This document shows, in pieces, positions 37,709 through 46,289 of a stretch of 64,000 bases of DNA. The notes under the pieces are model-generated. The model searched no databases and was not told the origin of the DNA. It saw only the letters and a list, made by a program, of their open reading frames with translations. The DNA is from an uncultured bacterium (GTDB lineage Bacteria; Verrucomicrobiota; Verrucomicrobiia; Verrucomicrobiales; Akkermansiaceae): positions 2,830-66,829 of the forward strand of contig CAMACY010000004.1 in assembly GCA_945831585.1 (NCBI GenBank), given 5' to 3'. Every line of letters begins with the position of its first letter. Positions within the stretch are counted from its first letter, which is position 1. Both the position numbers and the translations under genes were made by a program.

Positions 37709-38341
37709 TCAATGCGGAAGTTGGGCGATGACGCAACGGGCAGCGGCGGCGATGTCGCGCTGCGCCAGCAGCCACGAGACGATGACGACGCGCTGCGCGC
37801 CCGCCGCGAGGACGAGGGGGAGGCTGCGCCCGTTGATGCCGCCGATGCAGAACATGGGGTAGTCTCCGAGCTGCGCCTGCACGGCGGCGATGTCGCTCAG
37901 ACCGATGGCAGCACGCCCGGGTTTGGTGCCGGTGGGGAAGAGGGGGCCAAAGCCGATGTAGTCCGCGCCCTCGGCTCGGGCGGCGAGGGCTTGCTCGGGG
38001 CTGTGGGTGGAGCGGCCGATGAGCATGCGCTCGCCGACACAGCGGCGCACGGCGGCCAAGGGGCCGGCATCCTGCCCGACGTGAACGGCGTCCGCCCCGA
38101 GCTCGGCGGCGAGCTCGGGGTAGTCGTTGAGCACGAAGAGGGCACCCGCTGCGCGGCAGAGGGGCTGCATACACCGCGCCATGTCGGCCACCTGCGCCAA
38201 GGGAAGGCCCTTGGCGCGCAGTTGGAGAATACGCACGCCGCCCTCCAGCAGGGCGGCAGTAGTGGAGGCGATGTCGGCGGGGGCGGTGTAGCCCGTGTCG
38301 ACGATGCCATAGAGGCGGCAGCGCAGCAGCTCGGTTCGCAT
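37709..38341 (-). CDS. thiE: Thiamine-phosphate synthase
   Basis: ILQLRAK, FVLND, VHVGQDA, IGRSTHS, GPLFPTGTKP, IGGIN. Confidence 0.93.
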   Translation of the reverse strand: MRTELLRCRLYGIVDTGYTAPADIASTTAALLEGGVRILQLRAKGLPLAQVADMARCMQPLCRAAGALFVLNDYPELAAELGADAVHVGQDAGPLAAVRRCVGERMLIGRSTHSPEQALAARAEGADYIGFGPLFPTGTKPGRAAIGLSDIAAVQAQLGDYPMFCIGGINGRSLPLVLAAGAQRVVIVSWLLAQRDIAAAARCVIAQLPH

Positions 38342-38467
38342 GGCGTTTACTCTGCCACAAGGGGCGCCCTATGGCAAGGAAAACCATGTTGCTGCCCGCT
38401 GACCGGGGCAGCACACACGAAAAAGCGATTGACGGCACCGACGGCAGATTTTATACTGCCCCCAGCC

Positions 38468-39667
38468 ATGACCGAACCGAAAACTGTGTTGCTGGTGCAT
38501 AATTTTTACTGCGTTCCCGGAGGGGAGGATACGGTGTTTGCGCAGGAGCGGCGACTGCTGGAGGAGGCGGGCTACCGCGTGCTGTGCTACACGCGCCACA
38601 ATAAGGAAATCGCCTCTGCGCCGTGGTGGCGCAAGCTGCTGCTGCCCGTGGCGACCTTGTTTAATCTCCGCACCTTTTGTGAGCTGCGCCGCCTCATCCG
38701 CCGCGAGGGGGTGCAGCTGGTGCATGTGCACAACACGCTGGCGCTCATCAGCCCCGCCGTGTATGCTGCGGCGACGTCCTGCGGCGTGCCGGTGGTGCAG
38801 ACGGTGCACAATTACCGCCTGCTCTGCCCGCAAGGCACCTGCTACCGCGAGGGTGCCGTCTGCGAGGATTGTTTGCAGCGGGGGCTCGGGGCGGCGCTGG
38901 GGCGGCGCTGCTACCGGGAGAGCCGGGTGCAGACGGCGCTCTGCGTGCTCAACCTATGGCTGCAACGCCGCTGCGGTGTCTACAACAAGCTGTTCTTCAT
39001 CTGCCTGACGGAGTTCAACCGCAGCAAGCTGCTGCAGCTGCCGGGGGTGTGCCCCGAGCGCGTCGTGGTACGCCCGAACTCGGCTCCGCGCCTCGGGGAG
39101 CCGCTGCCTCCGGAGCAACGGGAGGGCTTTCTCTTTGCCGGGCGCTTATGTGTACTCAAGGGGCTGCGTGTGCTGTTGCAGGCTTGGCGCTTGCTGGAGC
39201 AAGAGGGCGATGCCCCGCTATTGCGCATCTGCGGCGGGGGCGAGCTCGACGAGGAGTGCCGCGGCTACGTTCGGGAGCACCGACTGCAACGCGTGGTGTT
39301 CTGCGGGGCGATTCCCCACGATGAACTGCTGCGGCTGCTGCGGCAAAGCCGCGCGCTCATCCTGCCGACGCAGCTGTACGAGGGCTTTCCCATGGTCATT
39401 GCGGAGGCCTTTGCCGCCGGGGCACCGGTGCTTTGCTCTGCCTTGGGCAATGCGGGCAGTTTGGTGAGCGAGGGCGAAACCGGCATGCGCTTCCGCCATG
39501 ATTCACCGGAGGATTTAGCCGCCGCCGTGCGTCGTTTCTGTCGCGTGCCCGCTGCACACTGGGAGCAGCCCGTGCGCGCCTGCTACGAAGCGCACTACAC
39601 CCCGCAGCGGAGCTTGGAGCAGCTGCGCGCCATCTACCGGCAGGCAGCGGCGGCGCAGCACCAATGA
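38468..39667 (+). CDS. Glycosyltransferase family 4, copy A
   Basis: LLVHNFY...GGED, FAGRL..LKG, YEGFPMVIAEAFAAGAPV; own promoter TTGACG-17-TATACT. Confidence 0.88.
   Translation: MTEPKTVLLVHNFYCVPGGEDTVFAQERRLLEEAGYRVLCYTRHNKEIASAPWWRKLLLPVATLFNLRTFCELRRLIRREGVQLVHVHNTLALISPAVYAAATSCGVPVVQTVHNYRLLCPQGTCYREGAVCEDCLQRGLGAALGRRCYRESRVQTALCVLNLWLQRRCGVYNKLFFICLTEFNRSKLLQLPGVCPERVVVRPNSAPRLGEPLPPEQREGFLFAGRLCVLKGLRVLLQAWRLLEQEGDAPLLRICGGGELDEECRGYVREHRLQRVVFCGAIPHDELLRLLRQSRALILPTQLYEGFPMVIAEAFAAGAPVLCSALGNAGSLVSEGETGMRFRHDSPEDLAAAVRRFCRVPAAHWEQPVRACYEAHYTPQRSLEQLRAIYRQAAAAQHQ
38576..38773 (+). repeat. 198-bp identical block shared by the two GT4 genes (second copy at 39859-40056)
   Basis: Direct comparison by eye, offset 1283 bp; a second short identical block lies near the 3' ends (cactgggagcagcccgtgcgcgcctgctacga). 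Confidence 0.88.
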
Positions 39668-39750
39668 TTCTGACAACGCAGGAGCCTGCGGCAGCTCAGA
39701 AGAAAAAACAGTTGACGGCTCTTCCTGCGGCTTTTATACTGGCGCTACCC

Positions 39751-40971
39751 ATGGTCGAACCGAACACTGTATTGCTGGTACACAATTTTTTCTGCGTTCC
39801 CGGCGGAGAGGATACAGTGTTCGCACAGGAACGGCAGCTGCTGGAGGATGCGGGCTATCGCGTGCTGTGCTACACGCGCCACAATAAGGAAATCGCCTCT
39901 GCGCCGTGGTGGCGCAAGCTGCTGCTGCCCGTGGCGACCTTGTTTAATCTCCGCACCTTTTGTGAGCTGCGCCGCCTCATCCGCCGCGAGGGGGTGCAGC
40001 TGGTGCATGTGCACAACACGCTGGCGCTCATCAGCCCCGCCGTGTATGCTGCGGCGGCGTCCTGCGGCGTGCCGGTGGTGCAAACCGTGCACAATTATCG
40101 CATGCTTTGCCCGGCAGGCACCTGCTACCGCGAGGGCAGACAATGCACCGATTGCCTCGAACGGGGTCTAGGCTGTGCCCTGCGGCGGCGCTGCTACCGG
40201 GGAAGCCTGCTGCAAACGGCTGCCTGCGTGGGCACGCTGCTGCTGCACCGCGCGCTGGGCAGCTACCGCCCCCTGCACTATATCTGCATGACACCCCTTG
40301 TGCGCGAGCGCCTCCTGAGCCTGAACCGAGGGGGGCACCGCATCATCGAGCCCTCGCGCGTGTTCATCCGCCCGCATTTTACCCCGCCCTCCCCGCGCCC
40401 GCGCGGCACGGCGCGCTATTTTCTCTATGTGGGGCGCTTGGATCGCGTCAAAGGAGTGGCACTGCTGGCCGAGGCCTTTCGGGCGCTGCCCGAGTTCCGC
40501 CTTGTGCTGGCGGGCTCGGGCGAAGAGGAGGACGCGCTCCGCGCGGCGACCACCGACTGCCCGAACATCGAGCTGCGCGGGCACTGCTCCCGCGAGGAGG
40601 TGCAGGAGCTCCTGAGCGGCGCGCAGGCGGTCATCGTCCCCTCGCAATGGATCGAGCCTTTCGGCTTGGCCGTGATTGAAGCCTATGCGGCGGGCGTTCC
40701 CGTGCTGGTCAGCGACATCGGCTGGCTGCCCCGCATGGTGCAGGACGGGGAGACGGGGCTCGTCTTTTCCCCCCATGATTCCCCGCAGGCGCTCGCGGCT
40801 GCCGTGCGGCGCTTTGCGGACTACCCCGCCGAGCACTGGGAGCAGCCCGTGCGCGCCTGCTACGAGGCACTCTACACCCCGCAGCAGAGCTTGGAGAAGC
40901 TGCGCGCCATCTATCGGCAGGCAGCGAAGCTGCGGGACAATGATTCTGACAGCTCGGGGGCGGCACCCTGA
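39751..40971 (+). CDS. Glycosyltransferase family 4, copy B
   Basis: LLVHNFF...GGED, YVGRLDRVKG, WIEPFGLAVIEAYAAGVPV; own promoter TTGACG-17-TATACT. Confidence 0.88.
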   Translation: MVEPNTVLLVHNFFCVPGGEDTVFAQERQLLEDAGYRVLCYTRHNKEIASAPWWRKLLLPVATLFNLRTFCELRRLIRREGVQLVHVHNTLALISPAVYAAAASCGVPVVQTVHNYRMLCPAGTCYREGRQCTDCLERGLGCALRRRCYRGSLLQTAACVGTLLLHRALGSYRPLHYICMTPLVRERLLSLNRGGHRIIEPSRVFIRPHFTPPSPRPRGTARYFLYVGRLDRVKGVALLAEAFRALPEFRLVLAGSGEEEDALRAATTDCPNIELRGHCSREEVQELLSGAQAVIVPSQWIEPFGLAVIEAYAAGVPVLVSDIGWLPRMVQDGETGLVFSPHDSPQALAAAVRRFADYPAEHWEQPVRACYEALYTPQQSLEKLRAIYRQAAKLRDNDSDSSGAAP

Positions 40972-41158
40972 AATTTCCTTGACAGCACCCGCGCCGCGCC
41001 CGTATACTGCGCACGGGTTTCTGCACCCCCCTCTAGGAGCCAGCAGCGGCGCGCATGCCACCCTCGGCGGTTCATCCCCTAAAAAGGACAACCGGGCGGC
41101 ATCACGCACCGAACGAGGCTCGGCTGTTACTCACCTTTTTTCACGTTCACCATCTTCC

Positions 41159-42175
41159 ATGTCCGGTTTTTTCCGTAAAATCGCCGGGTTGTTCTCCTAC
41201 GATGTAGGGATCGACCTCGGCACAGCCAACACCTTGGTCTACATTAAGGATCAGGGTATTGTGCTGCGCGAACCATCCGTTGTCGCCATGAAGGGCGACA
41301 AGGTAAAGGCCGTGGGCGAGGAGGCCAAGCGCATGGTCGGGCGCACGCCCGGCAGCGTCGCCGCCATCCGGCCTCTCAAGGAGGGCGTCATCGCCGACTT
41401 TGAGGTCGCCCACAACATGCTGCGCTACTTCATCAAGAAGGCTTGCCACCACCGCCGCCTGCGCACGCGCGTCCTCATCGCGCACCCCTCCTGCATCACC
41501 GAGGTGGAGCGCCACGCCATCGAGGAATCCGCCTACGAAGCCGGCGCCATCGCCGTGCGGCTCATCGAAGAGCCCATGGCGGCCGCCATCGGCGTCGGAC
41601 TCCCCGTCAGCGAACCCATCGGCAGTATGATCATCGACATCGGCGGCGGCACCACCGAGGTCGCCATCATCTCCCTCTCGGGCATTGTCTGCAAAAAATC
41701 CGAGAAATGCGGCGGCGATGCGCTGGATGACACCATCATCCGCCACATGCTCTCGGCACACAGCCTCTTCATCGGCCCCCGCACGGCCGAGGACATCAAG
41801 ATCCGCATCGGCTCGGCGCACCCCCTGCAAACCGAGCTGACGATGGATGTCAAGGGGCTCGACCGCGTGACGGGACTGCCCAAGACCGTGCAGGTGCGCT
41901 CCGAGGAAATCCGCGAGGCACTCCAAGACAAGCTCGATGTCATCGTCAACGCCGTGCGCCAGACGCTGGAGCACTGCCCGCCCGAACTCGCCAGCGACAT
42001 CCACGACCGCGGCATCACGCTGGCGGGTGGCGGGGCGCTGCTGCGCGGGCTCAAGGAGCTGCTGCACGAGCAAACGGGGCTGCCCGTGGTCATCTCCGAG
42101 GATCCCCTCAGCGCCGTGGCCGAGGGCACGGGCAAATTCCTACAGGAGAACGACGACGCGTTCTACGAGGACTGA
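41159..42175 (+). CDS. mreB: Rod shape-determining protein MreB
   Basis: VGIDLGTANTLV, IRPLKEGVIADF, IEEPMAAAIG, IDIGGGTTEVA, LAGGGALL. Confidence 0.96.
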   Translation: MSGFFRKIAGLFSYDVGIDLGTANTLVYIKDQGIVLREPSVVAMKGDKVKAVGEEAKRMVGRTPGSVAAIRPLKEGVIADFEVAHNMLRYFIKKACHHRRLRTRVLIAHPSCITEVERHAIEESAYEAGAIAVRLIEEPMAAAIGVGLPVSEPIGSMIIDIGGGTTEVAIISLSGIVCKKSEKCGGDALDDTIIRHMLSAHSLFIGPRTAEDIKIRIGSAHPLQTELTMDVKGLDRVTGLPKTVQVRSEEIREALQDKLDVIVNAVRQTLEHCPPELASDIHDRGITLAGGGALLRGLKELLHEQTGLPVVISEDPLSAVAEGTGKFLQENDDAFYED

Positions 42176-42353
42176 CGCACCTCTTCCCGACGGGGCGGTG
42201 CACGCATCGCCGCCCCCCTGCCGCCACCCGCAGACCCGCGCGCCGCTCGCCCCGGCGGCTCCCGATGGGGCAGCTCTGCGCGCACTGTCCGGCGGCTCCC
42301 GGCTCAGCCAAACCCTTTAACCTAAACCCACAGCTTTGTCGCTACTTTCTAAA

Positions 42354-43949
42354 ATGATTCAATCTGTCAAACACCTCTTCGGGTTCGGCCAATGCAACCC
42401 GAAGGAGGGAACCACCATCGTCATCAACTCCGAAAAACTCGAACGCCGCGTCGCCCTGCTCGAGGACGGCGTGCTGGAAGAATACAGCATCGAACGCGAG
42501 GGCGAGGACAACATTGTCGGCGGTATTTTCAAAGGCCGCGTCAAGAACATCGAGCCCGGGCTCAAGGCCATGTTCGTCGACATCGGCGGTGAGAAAAACG
42601 CCTTCCTGCACTTCTGGGATGCCCTGCCGCTGGCGCTCGACTCCTCGCTGGAAGAAATCCAGAAAGAGGGGCGCCCGCGCCGCCAGCAAAAGAAAATCAC
42701 CAGCAAGGACATCCCCGAAATCTACCCCGTAGGCTCGGAAATCATGGTGCAGGTCACCAAGGGTCCCATCAGCTCTAAGGGGCCGCGCGTCACCACGAAC
42801 ATCTCGCTGGCGGGGCGCTACATCGTGCTGATGCCCTTCACCGACCAGTTCGGCATCTCGCGCAAGATTGACGACCCCAAGGAGCGCCAGCGCCTGCGCC
42901 AAATTGTCCAGAAGCTCAACGTGCCGGAGGGCATGGGCATTATCATGCGCACGGTGGCTCAGGGGCAGCGCTTCCGCCATTTTGTGCGCGATCTGGCCAT
43001 GCTGCTGACCCAGTGGCACGAGGTGGAGGAGAAATTCGCCTCGCGCCCCGCCCCGCTCTGCGTCTACCGCGAGCCCGACCTCATCGAGCGCACCGCGCGC
43101 GACTTCCTCACCGACAACGTGGACAACATCGTCTGCGACAATCAGGACACCACCCGCCGCATGCAGGAAATCGCGGGGCGCATCTCGCGCCGCTCCAAGC
43201 GCCACATCCAGTACCTGCCCTGCCGCCAGCCCATCTTTGAAGAACTGGGCATTGAGCGCCAGATCAACGAGGCCTTCCAGCGCCAGGTGCAGCTACCCTG
43301 CGGCGGCTACCTCGTCATCGATGAGACCGAAGCGCTCATCGCCATCGACATCAACACCGGGCGCAACAAGGGCAACAAGGACCTCGACAAGACCATTTTG
43401 GAGACCAACCTCGAATCCGCCCGCGAAATCGCGCGCCAGCTGCGCCTGCGCAACATCGGCGGGCTCGTCGTGGTGGACTTCATCGACATGCGCCACCGCA
43501 AGGATCAGCTCGCCGTCTACAAAGCGATGAAGGATGCCCTCAAGCGCGACAAGGCTAAGACGCAGGTCATGCAGATCACCCCCATCGGGCTCATGGAAAT
43601 GACGCGCCAGCGCATCAATGAGTCGCTGCTGGACTTTGTGAACGACCACTGCCCCTACTGCCACGGGCGCGGGCGCATCAAGAGCGTCATGACCATGAGC
43701 GTGGAGATTCAGCGCCAGCTCAAGGCGACGATTATGCGCTACCGCGACAGCGTAGGCGACATGATCGTGGTGGTCAACAGCGACGTGCTCTCGCGCTTCA
43801 AGAACGAGGATTCCAAGCTGCTCGTGGAGCTGGAGCGCCAGTGCTCCGGGCGGCTCATTTTCCGCAGCGATCCCGGCATCCACCGCGAGGCCTTCGCCAT
43901 CCTCGACCCGGCCAACAACAACAAGGCGCTCTACTCCGTCAACCTCTGA
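42354..43949 (+). CDS. rng: Ribonuclease E/G family
   Basis: S1 domain (GGIFKGRVKNIEPGLKAMFVDIG), KGPRVTTNISL, IDINTG, RLRNIGGLVVVDFIDM, CPYCHGRG. The start may be TTG 42336. Confidence 0.9.
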   Translation: MIQSVKHLFGFGQCNPKEGTTIVINSEKLERRVALLEDGVLEEYSIEREGEDNIVGGIFKGRVKNIEPGLKAMFVDIGGEKNAFLHFWDALPLALDSSLEEIQKEGRPRRQQKKITSKDIPEIYPVGSEIMVQVTKGPISSKGPRVTTNISLAGRYIVLMPFTDQFGISRKIDDPKERQRLRQIVQKLNVPEGMGIIMRTVAQGQRFRHFVRDLAMLLTQWHEVEEKFASRPAPLCVYREPDLIERTARDFLTDNVDNIVCDNQDTTRRMQEIAGRISRRSKRHIQYLPCRQPIFEELGIERQINEAFQRQVQLPCGGYLVIDETEALIAIDINTGRNKGNKDLDKTILETNLESAREIARQLRLRNIGGLVVVDFIDMRHRKDQLAVYKAMKDALKRDKAKTQVMQITPIGLMEMTRQRINESLLDFVNDHCPYCHGRGRIKSVMTMSVEIQRQLKATIMRYRDSVGDMIVVVNSDVLSRFKNEDSKLLVELERQCSGRLIFRSDPGIHREAFAILDPANNNKALYSVNL

Positions 43950-44028
43950 GCCCGCGGCTCCCGCCAAACAGCCCCCGTCTCGTGCGCGAGGCGGGGGTTG
44001 CGGTGTGCCGTGTGTGAAGACAGGGGGA

Positions 44029-44421
44029 TTACTGCGCTTGGCGGTAGCGGTTCATCCACTCCGACACCTTTTGCGCCGCCCCCTGCGCCGCCACCTGGCG
44101 GTAGAGCTTGCCCGTCTGCCAGTTGTCGAAGCTGAAGCGCGCCGAAGCCGGCACGGCGTTCTCCGTGCGCAGCACGCGATATTTCAGGCTGTTGCGCGTG
44201 AAGTAATCATAGGTCTCATCCGAGCCGTAGTACATCATATCCGTGTAGGTGCTCGTGTCCACCGCTGTCATCACCGTGGGCGTCAGCAGCTCCTTGCGGG
44301 AAATCGTCGTCACCGGCATCAGCGAGCACGAGACCAGCAGAGACGCCAGCAGCATCCCTACCAAGGCCTTCTGCGTGGGAGAACCCACCGCCGTCAACAT
44401 CCGAAGCGAATCCTTGTTCAT
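44029..44421 (-). CDS. Hypothetical lipoprotein
   Basis: Lipobox-like LLVS-C after a hydrophobic stretch; 'YYGSDETYDYF' segment. Confidence 0.6.
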   Translation of the reverse strand: MNKDSLRMLTAVGSPTQKALVGMLLASLLVSCSLMPVTTISRKELLTPTVMTAVDTSTYTDMMYYGSDETYDYFTRNSLKYRVLRTENAVPASARFSFDNWQTGKLYRQVAAQGAAQKVSEWMNRYRQAQ

Positions 44422-44533
44422 AGCGCCGCCCTCCATAACACAAGAGCAAGAGACTGTCAAGCCCCACCGCTGCCCGGCGAAGCAAGAAAAGCTTGACGCC
44501 GCCCCCCCCAATCGCTAAGCTAGAGTCAACACA

Positions 44534-45457
44534 ATGAAAGCCGTCATTCTCTTTCCCGGACAGGGTGCCCAGAAAGTGGGCATGGGTCACGATCTCTACA
44601 CCAACTATCCCGAGGTGAAGAGCCTCATGGATGCCGCCGATGCCGCGTTGGGCTTCCCGCTGACGAAGGTCATGTTCGAGGGGCCTGATGCGGAGCTGAC
44701 GCGCACCTGCTACTGCCAGCCCGCGCTCTACCTGCACGGGCTCGCCCTGTGGAAGGTGCTTTCCGCGCGCACGGACATCACCCCCGTAGCCGCCGCCGGG
44801 CTCTCGCTGGGCGAGTTCACCGCCCATGCCGCCGCCGGCACCTTCTCCATGGAGGACGGGCTCAAGCTGGTGCAGAAGCGCGGCTCCTACATGGAGGAAG
44901 CCTGCCAGGCAGCCCCCAGCACCATGGCGGCTTTCATCGGCGGCAGCCCCGAAGCGCTGCAGAAGCTGGCCGCCGAGTGCGACATCGACGTGGCCAACTA
45001 CAACTGCCCCGGGCAGACGGTGGTTTCCGGCTCACACGAGGGGGTGGACAAGGCGATTGCGGGGGCAAAGGCCGCCGGCTTCAAGCTGGCCAAGAAACTC
45101 AACGTGGCGGGGGCCTACCACAGCCGCTACATGAAGAGCGCGCAGCAAAAACTGCTCCCCGAGCTGACGGCGACCCCCATGAGCATGCCCTCCTGCCCCG
45201 TCTACTGCAACTACGAGGCTCGCCCCGTGACCGACACAGAGGACATCCGCGCCATGCTCGGCGCGCAGGTTTGCGGCTCCGTCCGCTGGGCGGACAGCAT
45301 GCAGAAGCTCATTGATCAGGGCGAGCGCCTCTTCATCGAAATGGGGCCGGGCAAGACGCTGGCGGGCATGATGGGGCGCATCTGCAAGGAGGCGCGCGTC
45401 ATCTCCATCGAAGATGCCGCCGGGCTCGAAGCCGCCATCGCCGAGCTCAAGGGCTGA
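44534..45457 (+). CDS. fabD: Malonyl-CoA:ACP transacylase
   Basis: LFPGQGAQ, CQPALY, GLSLGEF, ANYNCPGQ, VAGAYHS, EMGPG. Confidence 0.96.
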   Translation: MKAVILFPGQGAQKVGMGHDLYTNYPEVKSLMDAADAALGFPLTKVMFEGPDAELTRTCYCQPALYLHGLALWKVLSARTDITPVAAAGLSLGEFTAHAAAGTFSMEDGLKLVQKRGSYMEEACQAAPSTMAAFIGGSPEALQKLAAECDIDVANYNCPGQTVVSGSHEGVDKAIAGAKAAGFKLAKKLNVAGAYHSRYMKSAQQKLLPELTATPMSMPSCPVYCNYEARPVTDTEDIRAMLGAQVCGSVRWADSMQKLIDQGERLFIEMGPGKTLAGMMGRICKEARVISIEDAAGLEAAIAELKG

Positions 45458-45597
45458 TCCCTTTCTATCCCCGGCACGGCGCCTGCTGCGGCGGGCGCTG
45501 CGCCGTTTTTCTGCCATCCGCGGCGTTCCGGCGCAAAAATCCTTGACAGCCGCCGCCGAAGCGGGCACAATGCTGCGCGTGCGGCGCGCCGCATCAA

Positions 45598-45685
45598 GGA
45601 GAGATGGCTGAGTTGGTCTAAGGCACTCGACTCGAAATCGAGCGTGGCAGGAATGTCACCAAGGGTTCGAATCCCTTTCTCTCCG
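45598..45685 (+). tRNA. tRNA-Ser(CGA), CCA not encoded
   Basis: Acceptor GGAGAGA/TCTCTCC, anticodon arm CTCGA-CT-CGA-AA-TCGAG, long variable arm, T arm AAGGG-TTCGAAT-CCCTT. Promoter TTGACA-17-CACAAT from 45543. Confidence 0.96.
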
Positions 45686-45690
45686 CTCTC

Positions 45691-45717
45691 AGGGCAATCG
45701 CATGTTGCGATTGCCCT
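45691..45717 (+). terminator. Hairpin after tRNA-Ser
   Basis: agggcaatcgca-tgt-tgcgattgccct (12-bp perfect stem). Confidence 0.65.
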
Positions 45718-45869
45718 TGCTGTTTCAAGACTTGACGACCATCATACCCGCCCCAGAAGTAAACGCTCATTTGCAACGTGATGGCAACGGAAATGACAAC
45801 CAAGCGCCCGAGGGCATGCTCTCCTTCGCCGCGTTCTGCGAGGAGAAGTGATTGTTTCCCACCAGACGC

Positions 45870-46289
45870 TCAAGGGCAAATGACCGTGACGTCGGCGATG
45901 GAGGCAATGTCCATGCAGGTGTCGTTGTGGAGGCGGACGGTGCGGGTGTGGGGGTCGAGGCAGCGGATGCTGCCGCAAGCTTCGGCGTAGCGACCGCCGT
46001 TTTTTCGGGGGTCGGGGATGAAGTAGCGAATGTTGAGGATGAGGGCGGGGTCGCGGGCGGCGCGTTGCAGCAGTTCACTGATCTGCCATTTGAGCGTTTC
46101 ATCCGGCTGAGGCGCTTCTTCGGTGAGGCGGGCGGCTTCAGCGATGGCCTCGTCGTGCCCGCTGAGAGCGGCAAAGGGGGAGAATTGGGCGGCGCGCTCG
46201 GCCGGGCTCATGCGCGGGCGGGTGGTGGCGTAGGGGTAGGGCTGCGCGATGATGTCCTCGTAGGCGCTTCTCTCGTTCGGGGTGTTCAT
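45870..46289 (-). CDS. YolD-like protein (accessory partner of a Y-family polymerase)
   Basis: RPRMSPAERAAQFSPFAALSGHDEAI motif; its start overlaps the polymerase stop. Confidence 0.8.
   Translation of the reverse strand: MNTPNERSAYEDIIAQPYPYATTRPRMSPAERAAQFSPFAALSGHDEAIAEAARLTEEAPQPDETLKWQISELLQRAARDPALILNIRYFIPDPRKNGGRYAEACGSIRCLDPHTRTVRLHNDTCMDIASIADVTVICP

Noticed and set aside
38342-38467. TPP riboswitch upstream of thiE-thi4
   Set aside because: No CTGAGA...ACCTGA-type core is visible, and the short interval is occupied by divergent promoters. The thiC leader lies outside the window.
44500-44510. Homopolymer phase variation (C-run in the fabD promoter spacer, A-run in the 58643 promoter, A7 in PEP-CTERM starts)
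   Set aside because: The runs are short (7-9 nt), and fabD is essential. There is no evidence of slippage without reads.
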